From the human T2T-CHM13v2.0 reference genome, Homo sapiens: a stretch of DNA of 64,000 bases. The notes beneath the pieces were generated by a model. It was not told the origin of the DNA. It made no database searches and was given only the letters and a program-made list of their open reading frames with translations. Position 1 is the first letter of the stretch. Each line of letters starts with the position of its first letter. Made by a program: the position numbers and the translations under genes. The stretch is from assembly GCF_009914755.1 (NCBI RefSeq), contig NC_060927.1; one strand, written 5' to 3'. This document shows positions 12,828-27,430 of this stretch, piece by piece.

Positions 12828-14475
12828 TATCACATGTTTAGTTGGTATGTAAACTAATGTATCCAGAAGATTGGAAGAGGGATAAGAAATGAAAGATCCT
12901 GATACTTTAGGTTTTTCCCTTTCCTCTATTTTGTAAATATCAGATGAGTATTATTTAATGATGTATTTGCATAAGTAATGCAAATTGTGAAGAAGGACCA
13001 GCTGCTGTTTAGAAAATTTTCTCCTTCCTTCTGTCCTTGATTTTTTTTCATTAAAGTATTTCCTTTTTTTAATTCAAGAAAAGTTTACCTTTCTTATGCT
13101 TATGTTAGCTATGCCAGCTCTTAATTGCATCCTTTTCTAATTAGGATTATTAATAAAGCGTGAATATTTTGTTTTTTATTATAGACAGAAATTTGTAACA
13201 TTACTTCTGATTTGAAAATGCAATTCACAAAATATAGGGAAATTTTTATTGAAGTAAATTTGAAATGATGGAGAAATTTCAGAAGCATAATAAAGTTCAC
13301 AATAAGGATAATACTTTATATAATGTATAAAGTATATATATTATATAATATATATGTTATATAAACTGCACATTATATTCAAACTTAAAATTGAGCTTTT
13401 TTTTTAAAGGCCCAAAATTGTACAGTGATACAAGGAGCTATTTCTAAAATTTGGCTTATGTATAATATATTTAAATGGGGAATTTCATCTAAAACAATGA
13501 TGTAGTATTTTTAATATTCTGATTGGTAAAATTAAAGAGGAAATTAATCTTTATATATTATTTCTTGCAGAAACATTCATTATTTTATTAATATTGCCCT
13601 AAGTACAACTAGGCAAGTGATTGCCACCTAAATCAGAAGACGTTCTAAAGTCAGTAAGAAAGTGTGAAATGCTAGTATAAAGGTTATTTTTTTTCTTTCC
13701 TAAATAACTAAAGTGAGGTGTAGATTGAGCCTTGATATTATTTAGTTAATGTTTTTTATTAATTAATTTTGGCTGGACTTTATTTAGCTTGATTAGGTTA
13801 TTATCTGTCAAACCTTTTAAGTTGACAACATGACTCATATATATACATGTGTATGAGATGAGCATGTGTCGAAGACTTATTCGACTCATTAATGAGGAAA
13901 CCAGCAGATAGTAAACCTGGTTCAAAGTACAATTCAAGAAACTGAGTATTTATGGGCATTGAAGAAAAAATGTTGAGATAAAATTGCTGTGCAGAAAAAA
14001 GTGTTAATGAAGCCGACCTGACTACTTAACCTTAGAGACCTGCTTTACAAGGTTGGCCCTTGATTGGCATCTGGGAACTTGGAGTTCAGGGGGCTTCCAC
14101 CATTCCCAGAACTGATCAAAGTAGCTTACTATATCTAAACTGTAAAACAATATAGTTTCTACTGAACACCTGCTTTCCTTCTAGGAGTCTGGAATTTTGG
14201 TATGTGCCAGGCAGAGACTACCTTTGTGACCAGCTCCCAGTAAAAACCCCAGGCACTCAGTCTCTAACAAGCTTTTCTGGTTGACAGTGTTTCACAAGTG
14301 CTGTTACAACTGGTTGCTGGGAGAATTAAGCTCATCCTCTGTGATTCCACTGGCAGAGGATTCTTGGAAGCTTGCACTTAGTTTCCCCTGACTTCACCCC
14401 ATGTGTCTTTTTTCCTTTGCTGATTTTGTTTTGTATCCTTTCACTGTAATAAATCATGGCCGTGAGCAGAACTGT
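12828..14475 (+). other. ABHD10: ABHD10 3' UTR with tandem poly(A) signals
   Basis: AT-rich sequence after the stop. AATAAA at 13152-13157, 13289-13294 and 14448-14453 (the last inside an LTR). The true 3' end is inferred. Confidence 0.6.
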
Positions 14476-14543
14476 ATGTGGAGTCTTATGAGTCTTCCTA
14501 GCAAATCTTCAAATTTGGGGGTGGTGGTGAGGGCCTCTCCACA
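13988..14543 (+). mobile_element. Solo LTR, MER68-like (ERVL)
   Basis: Begins TGTGCAGAAAA and ends ...CTCTCCACA. Internal CAAGGTTGGCCCTTG..GGCATCTGGGAACTTGG and TTTGTATCCTTTC.CTGTAATAAATCAT match the MER68 consensus as I recall it. Confidence 0.75.
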
Positions 14544-16839
14544 GATACAAAACTGGTTTATGTCCTACGGGGCAATTAAACTACAATCCATGGGTTATCT
14601 TTTATACTGGACAAAAATTACAAACAGCAAAGATAAATCATCTATGAGTGCCACAGTCTCTGGTGCTGGAGTGGGTTGATAGAAGATGGCACTGGCTATT
14701 CAAGGACTTACTTTGCCTAGACATTGCTAGGTGTGAGGCTTGTTAGGAACATGAAGGCAAGGGCCCTTGCCAATGATGGTTTTCTGCGCAAAATAATAAA
14801 TATGATTCGAGATTTATAATACATATGTAGAGACAGTATAGCATAATGGTTAAGGTCAGAGACAAGCTTGGTTTTTAATTTTGGCTCACCATTTACTAGC
14901 TCTGTGACTGAGCAGTTAACCTCACTGAGTCTCAGTCTCTTCTGTAAAATAACATAAACCTAGATAATGCGGTGTAAGGTCTAAATAAGCACAATACATT
15001 TAGAACAATGACACAGGAGGCAGTATCTTTTTGCTTTTCATTATGTACAGAACACAGTCCCTTCAGAGACTGATGGACACAATCAATGAAGGCATAGGAA
15101 GGAAGGTGGAGGCAAGGAAGTGGGTAGGTCTTCTAAAGCTGAACTGAACTGGACTGGATTTGACCTTCCTGACCTCAAGATCCCAAATAGGAATGTTGTA
15201 TGGTATTCTTTCAAATGCTAATGGTTTAAAACAAAAAAGGAGAAGGAACCTTTATTACCTAAAGTTAGGAAAATCTTTTAAAATTTAATCTAGCTTTGCA
15301 GAGGTTAACATCGCAAATTCCAAATGAGTTTGCATCCATGAGATTTAGTGTATTTTAGTGCGCTGTTAATTATTTGTTTTTTCTAGTTTTCCCCAAAGCT
15401 CCTTTCTGAAACCGTTCCATCCCATGTATTTAGTGACGTGTAAAATGGAGGAATAACTGGGAGCCCTTCAGTGCCTTAGCCCCTGGAACTTAGTCATTAT
15501 TTAAAATAAGTGACACGACCCCTCTAAATCTCAGTATGCACAACAGAAAGGGATAAGGCAAATACCATTTGAAAAGAAGGCTAAGTGAAGCCACGTAATC
15601 TATTTTGCTTTTGCTACATCTGTTGAGATTAGAGGCATTTCCAGATACAAATCTAAAAAGTACACCATTCTCCAAACAGCCAATATAGAAACGTCTCTGG
15701 AGAATGAGAAGCAAAAAGCTCTGGGCAACACTGAGTTTTATAAAATATGGAGATAGAAAGCTGAAAGAATTACTTGCCACATAACTATTCCCAAGATAGT
15801 CCCCAAAGCGAATATGTCAAATACTCATTAAATTTGGAACAGTTAAATCTAAAGAATTTTTATATTCTGGGGTTGAGGTGGGTGGAATTTCAGTATACCT
15901 TTTTAAGATCCTCTAAATATAGATCTCAAGTACTTCTTAGTTTAGAAACAATCGTGGAGATGTGTAATGGTTGGATGAAAAAAATGTGATGCTTTGGTAT
16001 ATTTAGAGAATATACCTAGAAAATTGCAGGCAATTTTTTTTAACCAAATGTATCTTTTGGGGAAAATATACATTCCCATTTTGTCTTCCCCTTTTCCTAG
16101 GCTTTCAGGGTTTTGCAGGTAAACTTCTACTAAAGAAGAAGCTCAAAAGTCAGTCTCTCAGAATCCTTTCCTTACTCATCCCCATCTCTCTTTTTCAGGA
16201 AGTTTGTTGCTGGGTCCTCTGGGCTCTCTTGTGAACAGTACTCTATCCATGCCTTTTTGGTACCACTTGCTGCTTTGAAATTCTCAGTTTATATCCTAGC
16301 TTCCTTCTCTCAAAGGATGACCAAGGTCAGAAGCTTTATTTTGACATTGTTTGTCCTCAGACACCTCTGACTATGCTATATCAACCCCTTTACTGGCTCC
16401 TCCTCCTTGCCCACCTTATAATGTTAATACTCCTTGAGTTCTGGCCTTGGCAGTCTTCTCTTGCTACTTATTCACCTTGAGGAACATCACCCATGTTCAT
16501 GGTTTAAACTACTACCTGCTTGCAGGTGACTCAACTACATACCTACAATCTAGACTCTTGAGCTCCAGACCCATAAAACCAACTGCCTAATGAACTGGGA
16601 TGGACCATGGGCTTCCCAAATGCAGTAAATCCAAACCTTATTATCTTTTCTGCTTTATGTCTCTCCCCACCTATGAGTCCTCTTAAAATAAATGGCGCCA
16701 CCATTGCTTCTGTTATACAAGTCAAACTTGTGAGTCATTCTGTCTCCTTTTCCTTTACCCAAATCAGATTGATGATCCTCTCTCTCTATGAAAAAGCTCA
16801 AACTCTTGCATGATATGTGAGTCCATGAAAGGCTGGTTT

Positions 16840-17250
16840 AACAAACAAAAACCAGTTGCTGAAAGCCAGTTTAACAACTGGCTTTTGGTGGTGGGGTGGA
16901 AGCCCTGATTTGTAGCATTTGCTAACATTCACAGCATAAATATTCCTGCCCTGGCTGGTTTTAAACTACATCATGACATCTCTGAATGCAAAGCTGGAAG
17001 AAAATACCCAGTAGCACACCATCACATAGTATTTACACCATATAGAGACAATAAACGCAAATATCCTCAACATAGCTAACAGTAAAATGTAGCAAAAAAA
17101 TCAGGAAGTGCTTCATTTTTAGTAACTTTTCTTTGTAATATAACTTATTTAAGAGTAAGTTAATATAACCTTATTGCTAAGAATGACTGAGTTTAGCATC
17201 TGTCTCTTGAAATTCCTGAAAATTTAACCATGGGCACTTGCAAACACACC
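16840..17250. mobile_element. MER63-like hAT DNA transposon relic
   Basis: Segments TTTAACAACTGGC...GCCCTGATTTGTAGCATTTGC...AAATTCCTGAAAATTTAAC. Boundaries are approximate. Confidence 0.55.
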
Positions 17251-17649
17251 ATTTTATAATCTGGAGCCTGCCTGACATTCCAGCCTCATTTTTCTTTCTA
17301 TGTTTCTCTTCTCTTTAACCCTATGTTTTATTAATACTGGAAGATTTTCACCTTAAATACACTTCTTTTGACAGCAACATTCCCTACCCCTCTTGCCTCA
17401 CTCTATCCACCTGGCAAACACCTACTTGTCTTTCAAGACTTAAAATAATCTCATTTATAAATCTGTCCCCTGATTCCTTAACACCCTCCTCCAGGTATTA
17501 TTGTACCAACCTGAGTTCTTTGTGCATAATTTTAGCATGACATCTGGCATTTATTGTTTACAAGTTTAACTTCGTTACTAAACCAAATTGTCATGTATCA
17601 TTTATTTTTGTGTCTCAGCTATACACATAGGCCCTTAAAAAGTTGTTGA

Positions 17650-17945
17650 GGCCAGGCGCGGTGGCTCACGCCTGTAATCCCAGCTCTTTGGGAGGCTGAG
17701 GCGGGCGGATCACGAGGTCAGGAGATTGAGACCATCCTGGCTAACATGGTGAAAACCCCGTCTCTACTAAAAATACAAAAATAAGCTAGTTGTGGTGGCT
17801 CATGCCTGTAATCCTCGCTACTTAGGAGGCTGAGGCAGGAGAATCACTTGAACTAGGGAGTCAGAGGTTGCAGTGAGCTGAGATCACACCATTGCGCCCC
17901 AGCCTGGCCACAGAGTGAGACTCCGAATCAAAAAAAAAGAAAGAA
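17650..17945 (+). mobile_element. Alu (AluS/Y-like)
   Basis: GGCCAGGCGCGGTGGCTCACG start and A tail. TSD AAAAAGTTGTTGA. Confidence 0.92.
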
Positions 17946-19254
17946 AAAGTTGTTGAAAACATTAACTATAATACTAGTAGGCACTTAGTAAATGTGGCAT
18001 TGAGCTGATTTCCACTGTCACCCCTGAGGAGATGAAGCATTTTTTCTCTGAAGACTTCCTCTGGATTTCTGGACACTTCCATGCCCTGCTGTGGCCCCTC
18101 TCTTTGCCATTGTATCCTCTCTAGAAGCATGGGCCCAGTCATTCACTTAAAGCACACCAGCTACTCTGTTATAATATGAGGGACTCTTTGGGTACAAAAG
18201 ATTTGCAAAACACAGTGTTTAAAAAAAGTCAAGCAAATGTACATCTTTAGAATTGTTTCAAGCTTTGCATATCAAACCAACAACTTCCTTAGAGCCATTC
18301 CAGCCATGGAAAAAATTATGTGGTTTCTGTTTGGGACTCCGTTCCCTTAGTCTAAGGTTGGAACTAGCCTTATGGCTCCTCCCCAAGATACCAATGATGA
18401 CTTCCATAATTCTTCTGTCAATTTCCCTGCTCTAAGCTCTTCCCCTAAGCTCCAAGTGTCCCAACACAGTGCTGCTGTCTTTTGAGCTTCTTCAACTGAT
18501 GATTCCATGCAGCATCAAGACCTGCCTTAGTCAGCCCTTCCCTTGTCTCTTCCTAAACCTACTGCTCTCCTGAATCTCCTAGTTTTCTGTTTTCAGAGGA
18601 CTGTCTGCCAGGCCTTCAACGACTGACCGCTAAGTCTTTTTCAGGCAAACCACCCACATATCTCCTAAGTAATTAAATTTTCATTAGTCCAGGCATCAGC
18701 CGGTAGGAGATTTTTCTCAATACATGTATTATTTGAGGAGTCATTTCCTGCATAGCTTCTAATCAATTTCCCACAGGGACAAAGATCATCATCCCATGTA
18801 CCCAGAATTGCTTTATTTAATATGCTTGAGTCAATTTATCAATCTGTTTTCAATGCAAGAATTGTATTTTATTCCTCCTCAGTCCAGTAGTTGGCATAAA
18901 CACTCAGTAAATATCTGTTGAATGAAGAAATGAACCAAACGAAAAAAAATGTGGAATTTTTCTCATGAAAAACACCCAGAGAATTACACAACACCAATGA
19001 GACTCAATCTTTACCCACAAATGGCTTACAGTCTAGGAGGACAAACTGCCAAGCCCTTTAGCTGTTATAAAAATGTGGGGCCAACTTAGAGCTAATGGTT
19101 TCTCCTGAGTGCTTGTTTGCCCATGAGAAATATTCAGTTACTTCTGACAATATGTCGGTTGTGCCTTCACGGTCCTTACTTCAGATGAAGTCTTTACATT
19201 CTATCAAAACCTTTCACTCTAAGAGTTCTTAGTCATTGAGTTTTGTTTAATTTA

Positions 19255-19569
<315 letters not shown>

Positions 19570-20052
19570 TAATTTATAAAACTTGTTCTTAGTGTCTTTC
19601 AGTTAAGAGTAGCATGAAAAAAATACCTCCCTTGAATAAGTCAAACTGAGGCACAACAGTTTCAGGATGGAAGTTTCTGGGTGAAGTTGGGCTGGCAGCT
19701 GAACAAGTAAATGATAGCAGCTCTCAGTCCCTCCCCTCCTGTCCTGCCAGACAGTTGTTACCTCAGGGCAGGGGGAAAGTAGCTTGGCTATTCCCGACAG
19801 ATGGACAGTTGGTAGAACGGACCCTCCCACAGGCCCTCATCCCCTTGTGCAGCTGCTGGCCTCGTAGACAATCGGCTGTCTCCCCAGAAGAGGGAAAGAA
19901 TTGTGCAGATGAGAAAGAGGCTCTCAGCGGGAGGGAGGCAGGCGGGCTTGATTGACACAGGAGAGGGCTGGCTTTTTGGAGGGCTCTTAGCAACGGCCCT
20001 GGTTGAGCCCCCTCAGCCATGAGAAAATCAAATCAATGTGCCATTCTTCCAG

Positions 20053-20222
20053 GCGCGAGGCAGCAGCGGCTGCAGTTCAACATGAAAGGAGGCTTCCTCC
20101 CTGCCTGCTAATTACCTGCTCTTCCCGATCTCATCGTTTCTGCCTTTGCAAAGTGCTACTGAGAAGGGGGAAGAAACGTCCGCCACCCATCCCCCTTGCT
20201 GCCTGGGGGTTCAGACTTGATT
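20053..20222 (+). other. TAGLN3: TAGLN3 candidate 5' UTR exon
   Basis: Donor GATT|GTGAGT at 20222/20223 upstream of the coding-exon acceptor. The 5' boundary is uncertain; an acceptor-like ttcttccag ends at 20052. Confidence 0.55.
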
Positions 20223-20360
20223 GTGAGTCCGTGTTATATCATCTGGTCTCATTGATAGGCGGGATAGGGAGGGGGATTCCAGCCCCCCTGGACCGGCCGG
20301 AGGTTTATTCTAGAGTTACTGGCGGGTAGCTGTGCTTTTCTTTCCCGTTTGTAGGTGAAA

Positions 20361-20776
<416 letters not shown>

Positions 20777-21828
20777 TAACGTAAGGCTGCGGGAAGAGCT
20801 GCTGTTGCCAAGCTCTATGTCTCACCGGGAGGGGATGAGAATGCCTTTATTTCTTCAGGGTTGGAAGATTTGGGCTCCATGCACTATTCCCTAGCTAGCT
20901 TGGGGGTTCTCCACTCACCCTAGCATTACATCTCCCTTCTGAGTTGGCAAATTCGAAGCCCTTTTGATTTTTCTAATGAGAATAGAGATAAGTATGTCCT
21001 TGTAATTTCCCCAGCCTTCCTGGTGCATCAGCTCTTCTGGGGCCATTTCTTTCCCTAGGGGATCGTGTTGGTTACACAGTAAAACAAAGAAGGGAGGAGG
21101 GGGACTAGCCACCTTCACATTCTTGTGGGAGCCATGCACCCTGGAAGTGTTCAGTGTCTGTTTATTGAGTGGATGGGTTCTCATGAAACTGAAAGGAGTC
21201 CTTATTTGTTAACTGCATTTCTGACCAAATGCTCGTGTGTGTTTGAGGGTTTGAGGGCCGCAGGCTCTGTGATTCAAACAAGCCCATCCTTTCCTGCAGT
21301 CTGTGATTTACTGTTACATAACTGCTATCCAATGCTTCTGCTGGGTTGCCCAGAGCTTGGGTTATATATATATATCTGGGAAAAAGGTACCACATCCACT
21401 TCTTTTACACATTGTTAAAATATATGGGATGAGTAAATTGAAGCCTGCTTAATTTGCCTTTTGATAGAAGAAATAATATTAGACTCTATCATTTGAGCTC
21501 TGCCAACCTCAGGAGCCACTAAGTCATTCCTCCTTTGAAAGTCTAGAATCACGTCCTCATCACGTCACATCATTCCCTATCTGTAAACATTCTTTCCCTC
21601 ATCCAGAAAAAGGAAGGGAGGAACAGGGAGGGAATGGCGCTCCCAGGCTACAGGAATCTCTGTAGTAAGGAGCAGCATTAGGAATGGGGTCCTCTGGGTC
21701 TTTGGGGCTTAGTATAGGAGCCTGGCTACACAGCCCAGAGCCCGTGCCTTCCTGGGGCCCATGACTTGCTCCTGCCCAAACTGGATGAGCAGTGTCCCAC
21801 GTGAGCAGGATTCACTTCTCATTCTTGA

Positions 21829-22257
<429 letters not shown>

Positions 22258-25200
22258 TGAGGACACAGAGGGGATCTCAGCAACTAATGTAAACAGAAGC
22301 CTCAAGCTAGAGGAAGCTAACGGTGACATACTGCCTTTTATTCCTCTTACCACTCCCATAACAAATCACAGCTACCAGAGGAGAAGGGAGGCAGGGGGCC
22401 AGTGTGCTTCTTGCTCAACTGCAGCTTATAGACAAAGCCATCTAGGGCTATTTTGTCAATCTGAGAAATAGATAGCACTCCAAGCTTTTGTTAAACCTTT
22501 ATCTGGGAGCTTGGTGACTATGCCTTCCAGATATGCATTCTGCTCAGTGTGACAAGTGCTTGTTTCCTTCACATTTGTGAATTGACTTGGTGAGGAAATC
22601 TTACAAAAGCATAAAAATCAAATCACACTCCTGGATGTATTTAATGATCTGCCATTACTGGGGGAAATGATGTGAATGGAGACACTGCCAGAGAATTTGG
22701 GACCTATGGTCATGGTGTCGTTAATGTCCCCTTTAGCGAAAATGTGTATACCCAACCATATGACTGTGTTCCTTCTCCACTAGGCCTGCCTGAGGCACCA
22801 AGAGATACCAACTAGTCAGAGCAGGACTGTCAGATTGACTCTGCTCTCACATGCTCTTTGTCACTGGCTGTCATTAGTGGCCCAACCAACAGGATCCCCA
22901 GGGCAGTGACCCAAATGGCTCTGCTGAGAGTGAGAATGGGTTAGCTTTCCCCTGATGGAGAGACATGGTATTTTAAAGGGTATTCAGATGATGGTTGAAA
23001 TAGATTTCTAGCAGAGGACCATTCTACTACTCACCACACTATGATTTATAAAGAAACAATTGCCTCCTTAATCCTCGGCGTCATGCAAAGAGCTGGCATT
23101 GCATGTTTCCCTCATAGGTGAGTGGTTAAAATCCTAAGATGCTAATAAGTTTACCTTGTGGTTTGCCATTATTTAGAAACTCAGATATTCAAAACTGCAG
23201 GCCAGGCCCGGCTATGGATCTTGCTGTTGAGCCTCCAAATTCTCATGTAATTTCACAGTTGAGATTTGATCCTTGCTTCCTAGATCAAAACTATGATGAT
23301 TTTTTCTAGCTAATACAGATAGCTACATAGCTACTGCTTATTGATGTTTTCCCATGCACAAGGCATTGTACAAGTGCTTTATTGCATAATGTCAGTCAGT
23401 TCTGCTAACAATCCTATGAGGTAAATGTTTTTTAATTTCCCCATTTCAAAGATGATGATACTGAAGCTTGCCCATGATTTCTTGTGTCCATGAGATAGCA
23501 GAGCCAGAATTCAAACCTGGGCTCTCTGACAGCAAAGAATAGAGCCTTAACTAGTCTGCCAACCCATTCTTGAGCCAGGAGGCTTAGTTTCCTTCACCTA
23601 CACCGTGAGTGTGCTGTTGAATCATAATGGTGACTAGGTGATGAGGATGAAGAGGAGGTGGGGGAGGAGGTGAGGAGGAGGAAGATGACTCAGGACTGTG
23701 TAGGACAGAAGGATAGGAGAGTCAGTGTGAATGGAAGGGACCCGGGTGAGTCCCCCCCCCCACCCCACAAAGTGCAGGAAGTGTGTGGGAGGAGGAAGAA
23801 GCCAGGAGGTCTGTGGGAGGTGAGGATTCTGAGAGCTTTCCTGTCTTCATGCTACTGAGGATGCTTTACTTGTCTCTCCCCTTTTTACAAAGAACACAAA
23901 GGTAAACTTTACTCGTCAGAGGTGCTCACAGCAAGTGTGGAGGAGTGTAGGGAGAAATAGTCCCTGATGTACAGAGTCGGAGGAGGTATACACCACCTGC
24001 CCCAGACCCGTGTGTTAGACTCCTCTAAAGAAAGAGGGAGGCCCGGAGGGATGAGTGTGGTCGCCTGAGCCAGGGCCGTGGACCAGTCAGCTCCAGGGCA
24101 ACAAGACAGACACTAAGAGTCCCAGCCCTAGGGTAGAAAAATGGGGCTTTAAAGGAAATAAGGAAGGAGGTCCACTCCAAGGGCACCTGGACTGACAGGT
24201 AGCAGGAAGAACTGTAGGTAGGTCATGCAGTAGGTAGGGTTGAACAGGAGAGCTGTCAATAGGAAAGCAGGTGCTTCAGAGTTTCCAAATGGCCCCAAGA
24301 GGCCCCAGGGTCTGGTGGCTGACTCTATGGAATGGCCAAAGTCCAGGGAGATTTATTATAAGTTGGAGGGGATATCTGATATTCCCCAGGATCACTGTCT
24401 GAAGCTTAGGCCAATGCTGGTCACCATACAACAGGGCAGGAGGTACAAAAGTGGGTCACTTTGAGCAGAGAAGCAGGAAGAGGGAGGGGAAGGCTGACAG
24501 TACTGCAGAGCAGACTGAGCAAGTGAGGCTGGGGTCCTTTCTGCAAGAACTGGTTGTTGCTCATGTGTTTTGGCATAAGAAAGCTGAAATCAAAGGAATG
24601 CTGCGGGGCAGGGTTGGCACGTGTTATGTGTCTATGTGCATGTGAGGGGGTACATGTTTGTGCACACAGCTATTAGACTAGCTGTTTGCTTAGCTTAGTC
24701 CCACATTCTCCCTACTATTCTCTACCTTGACTGTGGTTTTAATGCTGTCCTCACATATCAACTTACATTAATTCTGGATTCCCTGCACCTTGGTTGTGGT
24801 GTCTGTGGCCACTGTGGCTCCAGCCCTCCTTGCCTAGGAGCTTCTTTTCCTCCTCTGCAAGTATTTCATGCCCAACCTCTCACTCTCCCATCTCCCCTAC
24901 TCAGTGTCTTCTCCCAAGTAGGGCTCTGCTTGCCCACAGCTGCCCTCTGACTCTTCAGGCTGCCTGGATGTTGCAAACCCGTAAGTCTGGAGGAGCCCAG
25001 GCTTGCCAAATGCATTCTTGTTTAGGCTTCAATCACTTCTATAGGCTGAGGCCCCAGATGTACCACTATCCTTAATCCCCCCAGGTGAAATACTTCAGAT
25101 AGACTGCAGGGTAATTGGAATACAAGATTGAAGGCTTTAAAATGAAACCCAAAGCTAAATGGTCCAGAAAAACAACACAATCACAGGGACATTATAGATA

Positions 25201-26169
25201 AAGCTACTGAAGTCCCCCTAGCAGGGAGCTGGGGTGACCACTTGCTTTCAGTGATGGAGAAGAAGTAGGGTGGCTTAGAGGAATGGAAGGGGCCTGGGAA
25301 GTCTTCTCTTGGAAAACAAGGTGAATGGCCTGGCAGATTACTTTTGGATTTGCCATGGGTGCCCTGGAAAGGGCAGGGGTGGGGCCATCTCAGCTGTCTA
25401 TGATTCAGAAGAAAGTACTCTGCAGGTAAGACTTCAGCATCTTTTCTGTGGACAGAAAGTGGGAAAGGAAGAAAAGGCAGAGCAAGAAAGGTGGGGGGCG
25501 GGGGGTGTGTGTAAGAGAGAGAGAGAACATATTAGAGCAAGTGAGTGTGCTGGTGTAGTATCAGGACAGAAAGACTGCAATACAAGCTTATCCTGGAAAG
25601 TATTACAGGAGAGTACAGGCTCCTGAGTCAGAAATTAGACTGCCTGGCCAAACCTGTGCTCTACCACTTATCAATTAACTTCTCTAAGCCTCGATTTTCT
25701 CAGTTGTAAAGTGGGGATAATCATATGTATTTCACAGGGTTGATATGGAAAGTAAACAAGATAGTTCATTAGAAGTGTTTAGCATGGTTCATGACGATAG
25801 TAGAAGATAATAAAAGTTGGTAATGTAGAAATTATTATTGTCATTGGCTTGTCTTTTCTAAGATTAACAGAAAATAAGGGAGGGAAAAGTAAGTCTGGAA
25901 AGACACTCACTCTGTCTTAGAACAAATGGACTTAGTGGCCACATACAGGAGCTGGTGTTGCGGGGGCGGGGGAGGTTGCCTGAATGACCTTTGCCCTCTC
26001 TGACAGCTGTGGAGCTTGTACCTCATCAGCTATTCTCTAATACAAATGACCAGGCTTTAGGCATCACTTTATTGACATTTTTTTCCACTTTGTGATCATT
26101 ACCCTCTTGATGTCTTTCCCCATAATTTACTGCTTTACTAATTCCAGACACAGAAGACCCCACTACACT

Positions 26170-26390
26170 GGAAAGAGCATGAGTTTTGGAGTCAGGTGGA
26201 TGGGTTGAAATCTCTTTTGCTACATACTAACTGTGTGCCCTTGTTTAAATTGCCTAGTTTCTCAGAGCCTCAGTTCCCTTCTCGGTAAACAGTTCTAATG
26301 CCTCTCTTTTGTAGAATTTTTGTAAGGATTAACTATGTAAAGAAGCTAGCACAGTGCCTGGCTACCAGACACCTAATAAATGTTGGCTTT
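26170..26390. mobile_element. MIR fragment (similar MIRs near 14830-15000, 23330-23560, 25620-25800, 30640-30830, 40570-40790)
   Basis: TTTGGAGTCAG...CTGTGTGCCCTTG...GAGCCTCAGTT...AGCACAGTGCCTGGC core. Confidence 0.6.
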
Positions 26391-26800
26391 CCCCCCCACA
26401 CTATTAGTCATTCAGCAACTGATCTTTTTGGTTCATTTGTATAACCACTTGATGTGCATTAAACGTATAAAATTCTAGAATGTCAGAGCAGGCAAGACTC
26501 ACAGATCGATCAGTCTCATGTCTCTTCTTAGTAATTCTACTGGTATGGATCCTGAACACATGGTGATGTCATGCCTGTTCCCCCTTTGATGACTGGGAGT
26601 TAGGGAGGTGTGGTTTACATTGGAAGGGCCTGGAGGTTCAAATATATTCTCTGGGAAGGCGTCACTTTATGTGTCATTCCTCAACAGCAAGAGTGAAGAG
26701 GTATTTCACACAGCATGAGAGATCTTTTGGGATATTGTAAGTAAAGTACCTGTAATGACTTGAGACATCACAAGTGTCTGCTGCTCGAAGCCTAATTTTC

Positions 26801-27164
26801 TTTTTTTTTTTTTTTTTTTTTTTGAGATGGAGTCTCACTCTGTCGCCCAGGCTGGAGTTCAGTGGCCTGATCTCGGCTCACTGCAAGCTCCGCCTCCCAG
26901 GTTCACGGCATTCTCCTGCCTGAGCCTCCCGAGTAGCTGGGACTTACAGGTACCTGCCACCACGCCCGGCTAATTTTTTTTTTATTTTTAGTAGAGAAGA
27001 GGTTTCACTGAGTTAGCCAGGATGGTCCAATTTTTTTTTTATTTTTAGTAGAGAAGAGGTTTCACTGAGTTAGCCAGGATGGTCTTGATCTCCTGACCTC
27101 GTGATCCGCCCACCTCGGCCTCCCAAAGTGCTGAGATTACAGGCGTGAGCCACCGCGCCTGGCC
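26801..27164 (-). mobile_element. Alu (AluY-like) with internal 56-bp tandem duplication
   Basis: Poly-T tail and GCAAGCTCCGCCTCC..GGTTCACG diagnostics. TSD GAAGCCT(A/C)ATTTTCT. Duplicated segment at 26972-27027 and 27029-27084. Confidence 0.92.
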
Positions 27165-27249
27165 TGGAAGCCTCATTTTCTATCAGAGCAGCCGTCACTG
27201 CATTTATTTCAAGTGGCTGCTGACGATTGTATTTGGTGGGTCTTTCCTT

Positions 27250-27430
27250 TAGCAATGGCTCTCTAATGCCAGCATGCATCGGAATCACTAGGTAGGCCTG
27301 TTAAAGCACAGACTGCTAAGCCCCAACAGCAGAGTTTCTGAGGTAATATGTCTGAGGTGAGGCCAAGAATTTGTATTTCTTACCAATTCACAGACCATAT
27401 TGATTCTGCTGGTCTGGGAACCCCACTGTA
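27250..27430. mobile_element. MER5A-like hAT relic
   Basis: GAATCAC...TGTTAAAGCACAGACTGCT..GCCCCA...CAGAGTTTCTGA...GAATTTGTATTTCT...GCTGGTCTGGGAACC. Confidence 0.65.
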
